64,000 nucleotides of DNA from Trueperaceae bacterium (GCA_965215565.1 CBDCDZ010000004.1:4224001-4288000); one strand, 5' to 3'; counted from the first letter of the stretch, positions 48,945 through 59,038 are shown. Numbers and translations: made by a program. The notes: generated from the sequence alone by a model not told the origin.

Positions 48945-51343
48945 GGTGAACCCCTAAAGCGTGAGCTAGATTGCGCCACAGGATGCGCCACGGAGTGCGC
49001 CCCCGTAGTGAAGTCCGTCGTGCGGTCCCCAACGGGGTTTGGGGTGAGGCGTGTGTGACGCGAATGCCAGCGGCTGCGCAGATACGCGAGAGGACCGACG
49101 AGCATCCCTCGGCGCTCGAGCCCGTTCAGCTCTTTCGGATAGTCGCCGCGCTTCTTGACATTTTTCGGTGAGGTTGGGCTCAGCGTGTAGAGGATAGCGC
49201 GGGGCACGAGGGGGAGAACGTGAAGGAGGCGCTTAGGCTTGTCCAAGAGGGTCTTGGTCAAGAACGCGGTCAAACCGACGCCGTAGCCGTACGCCTGCCG
49301 CTGCAATCCAGCGTAGTCGCGGCGGTGATGGTGATGTACGATGGCCTCGGGCTGATACACGAGCGCATAGCCGAGGTTCACGGTGTCGAAAAAGGCGGCT
49401 AAGTCGTCGCCGCCGACCCCTCGGCTGCCCGCGCCGAGCGCGGGGTCGAAGCCGCCTAGCTCGAGCAGCGCCTCGCGCCGAAAGGCCATGTTTGCGCCCG
49501 AGCCGAAGACCCCGGCGGTATAGGGGTAGAGGGGGCTCCGGGGGCGGTGACGGTTCAGGTCGAAGACGCGCCGCTCAAAACCCTTGCTAAAGCCGCCGTA
49601 CTGCTCGAGCCAGACCTGCGCGGGCGTTTCCAGCTCTGCTGGCGTGATCATGCCCGTGACGCAGCCGACCTCTGCCCCGACTTCTACCCCAACCTCTGCG
49701 GCGTCAAAGCCAGCGACGAGTGCGCTGAGCCAGTTTTTGTCCACTCTCACGTCGTCGTCGGTGAACGCGAGGAGGCTCCCTTGCGCTTCGGTGAGACCTC
49801 GGTTGTGCGCGGTGGCGAGGCCAGGCGTATTTTCGCGCACGTAGTGAACCTCGGGATAGTGGTGCTGGAGCAGTTCAAACGTCGCCGCGTCTTTAGGCGC
49901 GTTGTCCACTACGATCACCTCATAGTGGGGATAGTCGAGTGCGGCGAGCGAATCCAAGCAGAGTGCGAGGCTCTGCGGGCGGTTGTGGGTCGCGATGATC
50001 ACGCTGACGAAGGGCGTATCTGGCGCGCCTGTTGGATTCGCGCCTCGTCCGGGGAGTGCAGGGGACACCCCTGCGGCGCTCAAGCGAACCTCCGTTTGCG
50101 TTTCTGAGCTAAACTCAGCCGTTATTGCGCCGCCGAGTTCAGCCCAAATGAGCGTCGCTAGCGCCTGGGCGCTCACGCCGGAGCCGAGGGCAACCTCGAG
50201 CAACCCTAGAGGCTTGCCGCGCAAGCGCACTAAGAGGAACGCCCTTTCGTAACGCTCACCCGACGCGGTCCGCGCCCGGCTCAACGTGGGCAACGGCTCG
50301 CTCAACTCTAGCTCTAAAACCTGTGTGGGTCCGGGGGTCGCTCGCACCTCTTCGCCTGAATGTCGCTCAGACAAAGGAGCACGTCTAAGCGTGGCGTTGA
50401 GACGGCCCACAAAGTATCCCGCCGAAGTGATCCCTAATCCCAAAAGGATTGCAGCCGCGCTCGCTAACCCCACCGAGTCAGGATTCGAATCGCGGTGACG
50501 CCCTAAGAAACGTTTTGAGAAGGCCAGCACGCCCCGCTTCACGCCCTCGGGCAAGGTTTTAAGCGTGTAGTCGCGCTCCGTTGCCAAAGCGTCTTGCGCC
50601 CCGACCAAACGCGCCACCCGCGCCTTCGAGCGCCCTTCAGCGTAGCAGCGCCTCATAAAGTAGCGGAGCGTGGTGCGCTCCTCACTTACGCGATGTGAGA
50701 CGCGGGCGCTAGGGTTGTAGAGGAGCGTCCCCGGAAGCTGCTGCTGAATACGGATACACAGCTCCGTCTCCTCGCACCCCTCTGGCAGGGTGCCGACGCG
50801 CCCCATCTCGGTGCGAAACGTACCGACGCGCTCCAAAACGTGACGCCGAAACGACATGTTGCACCCGATGAAGTTTCGCACGGGTGCGGCCTCTTGCGGC
50901 GTGCCCGTGTGCGAGCACCCCACCACCCATAAGAATTCGTTAGGAAACCAAGCCGGCTTGCGCTGAGGCCATAGAGGAAGCGCCGCACCGCCCACACCGA
51001 GAATCGAGGGGTCTAGGTAGCTCGCAGCAAGGTGCGCTAACCAGTCTGGTGCGGCCACCGCGTCGTCGTCCAAAAACGCGGTGACGTCGCCCTGGGCGGC
51101 GGCGGTCCCGCTGTTTCTCGCGTCGGATAGCCCTCTTACCCCCCGATTCTCGAGGATGACGAGCCCAGCATGTTCCCACGTTTCGCGTGCTCGGGCTAGG
51201 AGAGCCTTGTTGTGGTCGATCACCAAGATGATCTCGTAGGCGGGTAACGTCTGCGCTTCGACGGACGCTATCGCGGCGCTGAGGTGGGACCAGCGGGCTT
51301 CCGTATACGCGCAGAGGACGACTGAGAATGACGGCGGCGTCAC
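48941..51343 (-). CDS. Tandem double-domain GT2 glycosyltransferase
   Basis: Two GT-A domains (FLDDD and FTDDD; GCNMSFRR and GANMAFRR) joined by an intervening domain. Confidence 0.92.
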   Translation of the reverse strand: MTPPSFSVVLCAYTEARWSHLSAAIASVEAQTLPAYEIILVIDHNKALLARARETWEHAGLVILENRGVRGLSDARNSGTAAAQGDVTAFLDDDAVAAPDWLAHLAASYLDPSILGVGGAALPLWPQRKPAWFPNEFLWVVGCSHTGTPQEAAPVRNFIGCNMSFRRHVLERVGTFRTEMGRVGTLPEGCEETELCIRIQQQLPGTLLYNPSARVSHRVSEERTTLRYFMRRCYAEGRSKARVARLVGAQDALATERDYTLKTLPEGVKRGVLAFSKRFLGRHRDSNPDSVGLASAAAILLGLGITSAGYFVGRLNATLRRAPLSERHSGEEVRATPGPTQVLELELSEPLPTLSRARTASGERYERAFLLVRLRGKPLGLLEVALGSGVSAQALATLIWAELGGAITAEFSSETQTEVRLSAAGVSPALPGRGANPTGAPDTPFVSVIIATHNRPQSLALCLDSLAALDYPHYEVIVVDNAPKDAATFELLQHHYPEVHYVRENTPGLATAHNRGLTEAQGSLLAFTDDDVRVDKNWLSALVAGFDAAEVGVEVGAEVGCVTGMITPAELETPAQVWLEQYGGFSKGFERRVFDLNRHRPRSPLYPYTAGVFGSGANMAFRREALLELGGFDPALGAGSRGVGGDDLAAFFDTVNLGYALVYQPEAIVHHHHRRDYAGLQRQAYGYGVGLTAFLTKTLLDKPKRLLHVLPLVPRAILYTLSPTSPKNVKKRGDYPKELNGLERRGMLVGPLAYLRSRWHSRHTRLTPNPVGDRTTDFTTGAHSVAHPVAQSSSRFRGSP

Positions 51344-52177
51344 CTAGCCCGATTCTCCGGACGCAACCCGGCCCGCCCCGTGAGCGTTGACGCGGTGGCC
51401 CTGACCTGCCCGGTTGCGGTAGGGCTGGTTGCCTAAAGGCCGCTGCTCGAGCCGCTGTGAGGGTTGCGGTCTGAGCCGTTCGCGCACGATCGTGCGCAAC
51501 ACTCTAAACCCGTCGGCAAAGGTGCGCAGGTTGCTCGAGCCGTGGAGCCGCTCCGCTTCGAAACTCGGCAACTCGACGATGCGGCAGCCGACACGGAGCG
51601 CTCTGATATTAAGCATCGTCTCGATCTCGAAGCCTGTCCCGTCAAGTTCCAAAAGCGGGACGACGTCAGCCCAAAATGCACAGTAGCCGTAGCAGAGGTC
51701 GGTGAACTTGCCCCCGAAAAGGAGCTTGACTAAAACGGTGAAAAACCCGTTGCCGAGCGAGCGTAGTGCCGAGATATCGTCGGTGCCTGCCCCCTGCATA
51801 AAGCGCGACCCTTTCGCAAAATCAGCGCCGTCGCGCAAGTAGCGCACGAACAGCCCCATCTCTTCGGGTTCAGTCGAGCCGTCCGCGTCCATCATCACGA
51901 TGATGTCGCCCTTCGCTGCGGCAAAACCGGCTCGCAGCGCCGCACCTTTGCCGCGCTGCGACGCCAAGAGCACGGTCACGTCACCGCGCAGCTCAGCCGC
52001 TAATTCCGCCGTGCCGTCCGTTGAATGTCCGTCAACGACGATGACCTCTTTGACCCACACCGGGATGCGTGAGAAGACGAGAGGGATATTGTCCACCTCG
52101 TTGAGCGTAGGGATGATAACGCTCACACTAGGGCGCTTAGGCCTGGTGACTTGAGTCAAATTACTGATATGTACCAA
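51344..52177 (-). CDS. GT2 glycosyltransferase, DPM-synthase-like
   Basis: SVIIPTLNE, VVDGHSTDGT, GKGAAL, MDADGS and FEIE motifs. Confidence 0.92.
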   Translation of the reverse strand: MVHISNLTQVTRPKRPSVSVIIPTLNEVDNIPLVFSRIPVWVKEVIVVDGHSTDGTAELAAELRGDVTVLLASQRGKGAALRAGFAAAKGDIIVMMDADGSTEPEEMGLFVRYLRDGADFAKGSRFMQGAGTDDISALRSLGNGFFTVLVKLLFGGKFTDLCYGYCAFWADVVPLLELDGTGFEIETMLNIRALRVGCRIVELPSFEAERLHGSSNLRTFADGFRVLRTIVRERLRPQPSQRLEQRPLGNQPYRNRAGQGHRVNAHGAGRVASGESG

Positions 52178-52611
52178 CTCCTCTAACTTTGTTCAACCAA
52201 AACTTCCTCTAACACGCTGTACCCGTAAGTTCAGTAAAGAGGATAAGAGGTCACACATAGCGTGATATAGAAATCAAACGCTCATACGCTCCCCTGTGTG
52301 AGAAATTTTACATCTTTCACACAAGTGAGAATGCTAACATTAACAATTCATTAAATTGCAACTGTAGAATGTTGACATTTAATTCAGAACATGAATTACG
52401 GATAATTTTTAGGTTAAGCGTCGCTTTAGTGAGGGCGTCTCTCAATGCGGTGAGGCTTCGGCGCATTTCAGCCTGCGAAACAGTCTTTACCTGAGGTCTA
52501 CGCGCTCTTTTCGGCTCAGTCTCAAAGCACCTGACGAAGCAGCATCTTACGAGGCTACGTAAACGCTATGTCAACGAAACTTTGCGAAGCGCGCTGTGAA
52601 ATCTGTCGAGC

Positions 52612-52640
52612 TTGCCTAACGAGCGTTCGTTTGCTATAGT
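52612..52640 (+). promoter_or_regulatory. paa promoter with PaaR-type operator
   Basis: TTGCCT-17-TATAGT; CTAACGAGCGTTCG (52616-52629) fits the Thermus PaaR consensus CNAACGNNCGTTNG as I recall it. Confidence 0.75.
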
Positions 52641-52647
52641 ATTCTCA

Positions 52648-53217
52648 ATGGACAGGCGCACTGAAATCCTCACCACGGCGGGCAACTTGTTCCGCGAGCG
52701 CGGCTACCACGCCACCTCGATGCGGGATATCGCGGGCGCGTTAGAGCTGCGCGGCAGCAGCCTGTACGCGCATATTGGCTCAAAAGAGGAGATGCTGCGC
52801 GAGATTGTAGATCATGCGGCGGATGCGTTTCTGACGCAGGCGAACCGCGTGGACGGTTCACTCACCCCTGACGAGAGGTTAAAGGCGCTCATTCGCGGAC
52901 ACCTAGAGGTTATCGCCCGAGAGTTGCCCCGCGCCACCGTCTTCTTTCACGAGTGGAAGTTTCTTTCGGACGAGTACAAGACGCAGATCACTGAGCGCCG
53001 CGACGCTTACGAGTGTCACTTCCGCAAGGCGGTGGAGGAGGGCGTGCGCGAGGGCGTATTCAGCGTCAAAGACCCCAAGCTCGCCACCTTATTCGTGCTC
53101 TCGTCTCTAAACTGGACCTACCAGTGGTTCCGCGAGGGCGGCACGCTTAGCTTAGACGAATTGACTGAGAAATATACGACGCTTATTTTCGACGCACTTA
53201 ACGCAGAAAAGTCCTGA
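52648..53217 (+). CDS. paaR: TetR-family regulator of phenylacetate catabolism
   Basis: TetR HTH (GYHATSMRDIA...SLYAHIGSKE); first gene of the paa operon. Confidence 0.8.
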   Translation: MDRRTEILTTAGNLFRERGYHATSMRDIAGALELRGSSLYAHIGSKEEMLREIVDHAADAFLTQANRVDGSLTPDERLKALIRGHLEVIARELPRATVFFHEWKFLSDEYKTQITERRDAYECHFRKAVEEGVREGVFSVKDPKLATLFVLSSLNWTYQWFREGGTLSLDELTEKYTTLIFDALNAEKS

Positions 53218-53232
53218 TAGAGGAGGACGTAT

Positions 53233-54216
53233 ATGGCACCCGTAGCCACCCAAGTTCCCGTACAAAGCCGAGTAGACCTCACGCCTGAGCAGACTGAAGA
53301 GGTCAAGCTCGAGGCGTTCGAAGCCCGCATTGCTAAGGGCGAAAAAATCGAACCGGGCGATTGGATGCCCGAGGGCTACCGCAAGCAGCTCATCCGTATG
53401 ATCAGCCAGCACGCGCACAGCGAAATCGTGGGGATGTTGCCCGAGGGCGAGTGGATTACTAAAGCGCCCTCCTTACAGCGTAAGATGATCCTTTTAGCCA
53501 AGGTGCAAGACGAAGCCGGGCACGGGCAGTACCTCTACCATGCGGCGGAGACTTTAGGCGCGACTCGAGAAGAAATGGTGGACGCGCTCCTCACAGGTAA
53601 AGCGAAATACTCCTCGATTTTCAACTATCCCTCGCTAACCTGGGCAGACGTCGGCATGATCGGCTGGCTCGTGGACGGCGCGGCGATCAAGAACCAAACC
53701 ATGTTGGCGCGGTGCTCATATGGTCCTTACTCCCGCGCGATGGTGCGCATCTGCACCGAGGAGACCTTTCACCACAAACAGGGCAAAGAGATGGTCATCA
53801 AGTACGCGCAAGGCACGCCCAAGCAGCGCGAGATGGCGCAAGACGCCCTCAACCGCTGGTGGTGGCCCTCCATGATGATGCTGGGTCCGCACGACTCGGA
53901 CTCACCGAACACACCGCAGCTTAAAAAGTGGGGCGTCAAAACGAAGACGAACGACGAGGTGCGCCAGGAGTTCTTGAACGAGCACGCGCCGGAACTGCTC
54001 GAGGCTGGCTTAGAGATTCCTGACCCTGACCTCCGTTTCGATGAGGAGACGGGCAACTGGCAGCACGGACCCATCGACTGGGACGAGTTCTGGCGCGTCG
54101 TCAAAGGTGGTGGCGCGTGCAACGAGCAGCGCTTAGGCGCACGCCAAAAGGCGCACGACGAGGGCGCGTGGGTGCGCGAGGCGATGGCGGCGTATGCGGA
54201 GAAGCAACTCAGCTAG
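53233..54216 (+). CDS. paaA: Phenylacetyl-CoA epoxidase subunit A
   Basis: [22 protein letters not shown] and EETFH motifs. Confidence 0.96.
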   Translation: MAPVATQVPVQSRVDLTPEQTEEVKLEAFEARIAKGEKIEPGDWMPEGYRKQLIRMISQHAHSEIVGMLPEGEWITKAPSLQRKMILLAKVQDEAGHGQYLYHAAETLGATREEMVDALLTGKAKYSSIFNYPSLTWADVGMIGWLVDGAAIKNQTMLARCSYGPYSRAMVRICTEETFHHKQGKEMVIKYAQGTPKQREMAQDALNRWWWPSMMMLGPHDSDSPNTPQLKKWGVKTKTNDEVRQEFLNEHAPELLEAGLEIPDPDLRFDEETGNWQHGPIDWDEFWRVVKGGGACNEQRLGARQKAHDEGAWVREAMAAYAEKQLS

Positions 54217-54363
54217 TCAGCGGGTCAGGGGAACCAAAGCCTAAAGCCCAGTCAAGCTGGTTGCGCAGTACAGTCGCATACACTTCCGCTAGCCAAAGGG
54301 AATAAACGATGCTGACTCGCTGAAACGCTTCCTTTAATTCCATCTCGGTTTGGACGAGTACAC

Positions 54364-54930
54364 ATGAGTTCTGAGCAACCCAAAACAAGCGATACTCAAT
54401 GTCCCCGCTGGGAGGTCTTTAAGCAAGACACGCCCAAAAAGCCGCATCAAGCGGTGGGCACAGTTCACGCTGCGGACCCCGAGCACGCCCTTTTAACAGC
54501 GAGAAACGTCTTTGCGAGGCGTCCAAAGGCGGTCAGTATGTGGGTGGTGCCCGCAAGGGACATCTTTTCGGTGACGGCGGAAGAGTTAGAGGAGAGACCC
54601 GCTATACTTTCGTCTGAGGAAAGCGGTGAGCCGCAAACCTATCTCATCTGCCGCAAGACGAGCCACCGTCCGTCGCTGACGTTCGTAGATTACGTGGGAG
54701 AACTCGAGGCTTCCACCCCGCAAGCCGCACTGAAAAAAGCGGTCGAGACCTTTACCGACGAAGACGCCCTAGTCTGGTGGGCCTTCCCCAAAGCGTCAGT
54801 TGCCAGAAGCCGCGACGAGGACGCCGAGAGCTGGTTTGAGCCTGCGAAGGACAAAACGTACAAACAGCAATCCGAGTACGGCATGACGAGCGCGAAGAAA
54901 CGTAAAAAGGAGCGAGAAAAAACATCGTGA
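54364..54930 (+). CDS. paaB: Phenylacetyl-CoA epoxidase subunit B (duplicated domain)
   Basis: WEVF...[16 protein letters not shown]...SMWVV, followed by a second similar repeat. Confidence 0.88.
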   Translation: MSSEQPKTSDTQCPRWEVFKQDTPKKPHQAVGTVHAADPEHALLTARNVFARRPKAVSMWVVPARDIFSVTAEELEERPAILSSEESGEPQTYLICRKTSHRPSLTFVDYVGELEASTPQAALKKAVETFTDEDALVWWAFPKASVARSRDEDAESWFEPAKDKTYKQQSEYGMTSAKKRKKEREKTS

Positions 54931-55676
54931 AACAAGAGGTCAAAACCGCGCTCATCCGCAAACTCACTGCCCTGGCCGACGATGAACTCATCCTCGCCCA
55001 CCGCAACAGCGAGTGGACGGGGCACGCGCCGATTTTAGAAGAGGACATCGCGCTAGCGAACATCGCGCAAGATGAGTTAGGACATGCGACGCTCTGGTAC
55101 GGGCTCTTGGAACCTCTTGATGGGAAGGGCGCGGACACGCTCGTCTACACAAGAGGTCTGGATGAATGGTGCAACGTCCAATTCGTCGAGCTTCCTAAGG
55201 GCGACTGGGCGTTTACGATGCTGCGGCAGTACCTCTTCGACGTATACGAACAGCTCTACTTGAAGAGGTTGACGGAAAGCTCGTACGAACCTCTCACCCA
55301 CGTCGTCCAAAAGATGCTCCGTGAGGAGCGCTTTCACGTGCAGCATACGCACGCTTGGGTGAAGCGGCTAGGGCTCGGCACGGAGGAGTCGAACACGCGG
55401 ATGCAGCGGGCGCTAGACGAGCTTTGGGGCTACGCGCAGGGGCTTTTTGTGCCGTTAGAAGATGAGCATGTTTTAGTTGAAGCGGATATTTTTCCGATTT
55501 TAGAAGAGGTCAAAGAGGCTTGGGTGGCGCACATGAAGCAACATTTAGAAGCCGCCGACCTCTCGATACCAGATGAGGGGACGCCGCCCCCGAGAGACAC
55601 CCACACCCAACACCTGGGGCCCCTTTTGAGTGAGTTGCAAGAGGTGGCGCGGCTCGAGCCGGAAGGGACGTGGTAG
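54927..55676 (+). CDS. paaC: Phenylacetyl-CoA epoxidase subunit C
   Basis: [38 protein letters not shown]. Confidence 0.95.
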   Translation: MKQEVKTALIRKLTALADDELILAHRNSEWTGHAPILEEDIALANIAQDELGHATLWYGLLEPLDGKGADTLVYTRGLDEWCNVQFVELPKGDWAFTMLRQYLFDVYEQLYLKRLTESSYEPLTHVVQKMLREERFHVQHTHAWVKRLGLGTEESNTRMQRALDELWGYAQGLFVPLEDEHVLVEADIFPILEEVKEAWVAHMKQHLEAADLSIPDEGTPPPRDTHTQHLGPLLSELQEVARLEPEGTW

Positions 55677-55678
55677 GT

Positions 55679-56173
55679 ATGCTGACTCTACCGTCAGAGC
55701 GCGAGATTTGGAACGCCTTGGAAGAGGTCAAAGACCCGGAAATTCCCGTTGTGTCCGTTGTAGAAATGGGCATCGTTCGCAGTGTTGACTTAAAAGATGA
55801 GCGCGTCACGGTTGAAATGACCCCGACCTTTTCCGGCTGTCCCGCGTTGCGCGTGATGCAAGGCGACATCGAGGCGAAGTTGCGTGAAATCGGCTTTGAG
55901 AACGTGGAAGTAAGAACCGTCCTCTCACCGCCTTGGAGCACGGACTGGATTACGGAAGAGGCGAAGGCGAAGCTGCACGAATTTGGCATAGCGCCGCCCG
56001 CGCCCGTGGGGGAGGATGAGGGGTTGATTCAGTTGGAGACCTCGTCCGTCTCCTGCCCGCGCTGCGGCTCGTTCGACACGTCCACAAAGAATACTTTCGG
56101 TCCTACGCTCTGCAAGTCGATTCACGTGTGTAACACCTGCAAGGAACCCTTCGAGGCATTTAAGTCGCTGTAA
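55679..56173 (+). CDS. paaD: Phenylacetyl-CoA epoxidase subunit D
   Basis: DPEIPVVS, TPTFSGCPA, CPRCGS, FGPTLCK and CKEPF motifs. Confidence 0.94.
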   Translation: MLTLPSEREIWNALEEVKDPEIPVVSVVEMGIVRSVDLKDERVTVEMTPTFSGCPALRVMQGDIEAKLREIGFENVEVRTVLSPPWSTDWITEEAKAKLHEFGIAPPAPVGEDEGLIQLETSSVSCPRCGSFDTSTKNTFGPTLCKSIHVCNTCKEPFEAFKSL

Positions 56174-56361
56174 ACTTTGACAAGAGGGAAATGACCCGGC
56201 AACGGCGTGACGCGGTAGGAATTCGCGCATCTTTATAGCAATTCCATGAGTCATTGCTACACAACTGATAGCGTTTATTTCTATTCGCATCCGCTCACAC
56301 TTGAAGCTGCTACAGCAGCTTCAAGTGGAAACGCTATTAGAACCTGCTATCATGATGCGTT

Positions 56362-57546
56362 ATGAAACCTCTTGAAAACCTGCGTGTTTTAGACCTCTCG
56401 CGCGTCCTGAGCGGACCCTACTGCACAATGGTCTTGGCGGACTTAGGCGCGGACGTCATCAAAGTCGAGCGTCCTGGCACGGGCGACGACACGCGGGGCT
56501 GGGTGCCACCTTCTGTCGGCGGCGAGTCGGCGTACTTCTTGTCTATCAACCGCAACAAGCGCAGCATCACCTTGGACTTAGGGACCGACGAGGGCAAAGA
56601 GGTCGTGTACCGCCTCGCGAAATGGGCGGACGTCGTGGTGGAGAACTTTCGCCCCGGCACGGCGAATAAGCTGGGCGTCGGCTACGAAACGTTGAGCGAA
56701 CTGAATCCGCGCCTCATCTACTGCGCGATTTCCGGCTTTGGGCAAACCGGGCCCTACCGTGACAGACCGGGATACGACATCATCGCGCTGGCGATGGGCG
56801 GGCTCATGAGCGTGACGGGTTACCCCGAGTTGCCCCCGGTGCGCTTCGGCGTCGCAATCGCCGATCTCGGCGCGGCGATGTGGAGCGTCATCGGGGTTTT
56901 GGCGGCGCTTAGAGCGAGAGAGGAGACGGGCAGGGGGCAGTACATCGACACCTCTCTCTTTGAAGGACAGCTCTCGTGGCTGACCTACATGGCGAGCAAC
57001 TACTTCGCCACCGGGGAAAACCCCGAGCGCCGCGGCTCGGCCCACCCCTCTATCGTGCCTTATCAAGCTTTTGAAACCAGCGATAGCACCATCATTATCG
57101 CTGTAGGTAACGATAGCTTATGGCGGAAGTTTGTGGGCGCGCTCGGTTTGGAAGGGTGGGGCGACGCGCCCGCCTACCGCACGAATGAGGGGCGCGTGGC
57201 GCACCGTAAAGAAATTGTGGAAAAGCTGAGTGAGGTGTTCAAGGAAAAGACCACGGACGAGTGGTTGGCGCGTTTGGACGAAGCAGGTGTGCCCGCCTCG
57301 CCGGTTCAGAGTGTGGAAGAGGTCGTGAATGACCCTCACGCGGCGGCGCGGGATATGTTCGTGAAGGTGCAACACCCCACCGCTGGCGAGGTCACGGTGA
57401 CGGGCATCCCCGTCAAGTTCTCCGAGACGCCGGGCGCGGTCACCACGCCGCCACCGACGCTCGGACAGCACAGCGAAGAGGTGCTGCGTGAACTCGGTTT
57501 TGGGCAGGAGGACATCGCTGCGCTGAGGGCGAAAGGTGTGGTGTGA
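56362..57546 (+). CDS. Family III CoA-transferase (CaiB/BaiF)
   Basis: LDLSRVLSGPYCT, NRNKRS, ENFRPG and PPPTLGQH motifs. Confidence 0.95.
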   Translation: MKPLENLRVLDLSRVLSGPYCTMVLADLGADVIKVERPGTGDDTRGWVPPSVGGESAYFLSINRNKRSITLDLGTDEGKEVVYRLAKWADVVVENFRPGTANKLGVGYETLSELNPRLIYCAISGFGQTGPYRDRPGYDIIALAMGGLMSVTGYPELPPVRFGVAIADLGAAMWSVIGVLAALRAREETGRGQYIDTSLFEGQLSWLTYMASNYFATGENPERRGSAHPSIVPYQAFETSDSTIIIAVGNDSLWRKFVGALGLEGWGDAPAYRTNEGRVAHRKEIVEKLSEVFKEKTTDEWLARLDEAGVPASPVQSVEEVVNDPHAAARDMFVKVQHPTAGEVTVTGIPVKFSETPGAVTTPPPTLGQHSEEVLRELGFGQEDIAALRAKGVV

Positions 57547-57938
57547 GTTAGACTGTTACTGTAGAAATTACAAATTGTATCGAGGCTACACAAAGCTTGC
57601 TTTGTACTCTCTATCAACGCTCTGAATAGTTTACACCTGTCCTCTTGGCTGAATTTTTCGTCAGGCGCTGTCCACTTCGGCGGCGCGTGCAACGTTTCAG
57701 TGTGAACCAAGTTTGCAAAGAACAAAGGCGCGTCGTTCCCTTTAAGGCAAGTATGCGAAATCGAACGTACAGGTTGATTCGCTTTTCTCGCGTCTGGCGG
57801 CGCTGTGACACCGTGCCTGTGTTGAAGGGGTATAACGTGTACAGTTCCTTTCTTAACATGGACAAGCTCTAACGACGTACTAAGCGGTTGGCGCGAAACC
57901 ATGTTTACTCGCACATCCGCTGACAAGCTGTGAAATGC

Positions 57939-58283
57939 TCAAGGTATGTAGTAAACGAGCCCTCTAAAATCTTCCGCTTTGCCGCAGGTAATAACAAGCT
58001 CGAGTTCCTCCAGCACACTACCGATAGAGAGGTGCCGCGTTAGCATGATCACACCGGGAACCGGCAAACCTGCCCCTATACGCTCGTAGGTGAGGTCAGT
58101 GAGCGTAGCTTTGTCTCTCGAGAGGACAATGCGACCTTCTGAAGCGGCGAACGCTAACACCTCTTCGTCTGGTGCACCGGTTAGCCCTGCGTCTACAACG
58201 CGCAGAACATCTACCTCTGGGTATTTGCGCTGCAACTGCCGCACCACCGCGAGAGAAATGTGCTCATCAACTAAAAACCGCAA
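57939..58283 (-). CDS. DUF5615 PIN-like toxin
   Basis: RFLVDEHI...GAPDEEVL...GRIVLSRD. Confidence 0.85.
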   Translation of the reverse strand: MRFLVDEHISLAVVRQLQRKYPEVDVLRVVDAGLTGAPDEEVLAFAASEGRIVLSRDKATLTDLTYERIGAGLPVPGVIMLTRHLSIGSVLEELELVITCGKAEDFRGLVYYIP

Positions 58284-58604
58284 TTAAGAGCGCCGCGCTA
58301 AAAGCTTAGCTCTGAGCGTTCGCGATGTTTCATCTACACCGTACCGTGCTCGCGCCGCTGCTGCGCGTTCATCTTGCTTTGCTACGTAAGCGTCTACGCT
58401 CTCCTGATCACGCAGATAGTACGCGATAACGGCGTAAACACTGGCTAGACTTAACGAAGGATAGGCGAGCGCAATCTCCTCGGGACTCGCACCTTGGTTG
58501 AAATCTCCAACGATGATCTCTAAGGGAACGCGCGTTCCTGTAACTAAGAATGAGCCGTGTCTGTCCGGCGTGAGAGGCGTCTGCTGCGGCGAAGGCGTAA
58601 TCAT
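58284..58604 (-). CDS. DUF433 antitoxin
   Basis: GTRVPLE...GASPEEIALAYPSLSLASVYAVIAYY; ATG 7 nt after TATACT. Confidence 0.88.
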   Translation of the reverse strand: MITPSPQQTPLTPDRHGSFLVTGTRVPLEIIVGDFNQGASPEEIALAYPSLSLASVYAVIAYYLRDQESVDAYVAKQDERAAAARARYGVDETSRTLRAKLLARRS

Positions 58605-58671
58605 AGTGCCTAGTATAGCGCATAGTGTCGTCTCATCCTTCGCTGATGCTAATGCTTATTTAGCAAAAGAG

Positions 58672-58702
58672 AACCGGAGTAGCTGCTTTGACTACTCCGG
58701 TT
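58672..58702 (-). terminator. Terminator of the tRNA operon
   Basis: AACCGGAGTAG/CTACTCCGGTT stem with an adjacent A tract (U tract on the minus strand). Confidence 0.75.
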
Positions 58703-58729
58703 ACTACGTCTCTAACGCTCTTTTTGAAG

Positions 58730-58802
58730 TGGGCGATGACGGGCTCGAACCGCCGACATCCTCCTTGTAAGGGAGGCGCTCTTCCAACTGAGCTAATCGC
58801 CC
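58730..58802 (-). tRNA. tRNA-Val(TAC)
   Basis: Reverse complement GGGCGATTAGCTCAGTTGGAAGAGCGCCTCCCTTACAAGGAGG...GGTTCGAGCCCGTCATCGCCCA. Confidence 0.97.
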
Positions 58803-59022
58803 AAGAACCTTCAGTAGCAGGTATCATCTGGTTCAACCAGTGATACCTTTGCGAAGGAGAGAGGTATCATCTATCAATACCTAGGGGTTATCGTCTACTA
58901 AGAACCTTCAGTGGTTGGTATCATCAACTAATAGATGCTACCAGTCGTAACCTGCTCGGCTTGAAGTTGTTTCTGCTACCTCTCGAGAAAAAAGCTGGTA
59001 TCACCTTACAACAGTGATACCA
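58803..59022. repeat. Four short GGTATCA...ATACC-type hairpins in the tRNA spacer, related to family A ends
   Basis: AAGAACCTTCAGT duplicated (58803, 58900); GGTATCA at ~58820, 58863, 58917 and 58997, each followed by a complementary arm. Confidence 0.6.
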
Positions 59023-59038
59023 ATCCTTTTTCGACTGC

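Noticed and set aside
57336..57926. 196-aa minus-strand ORF next to the TA pair
   Set aside because: Its 3' part overlaps the CoA-transferase antisense and no motif is recognisable; at most a remnant
58803..59022. Possible CRISPR array
   Set aside because: Repeats are short, unequal and irregularly spaced, and there are no cas genes; treated as hairpin repeats
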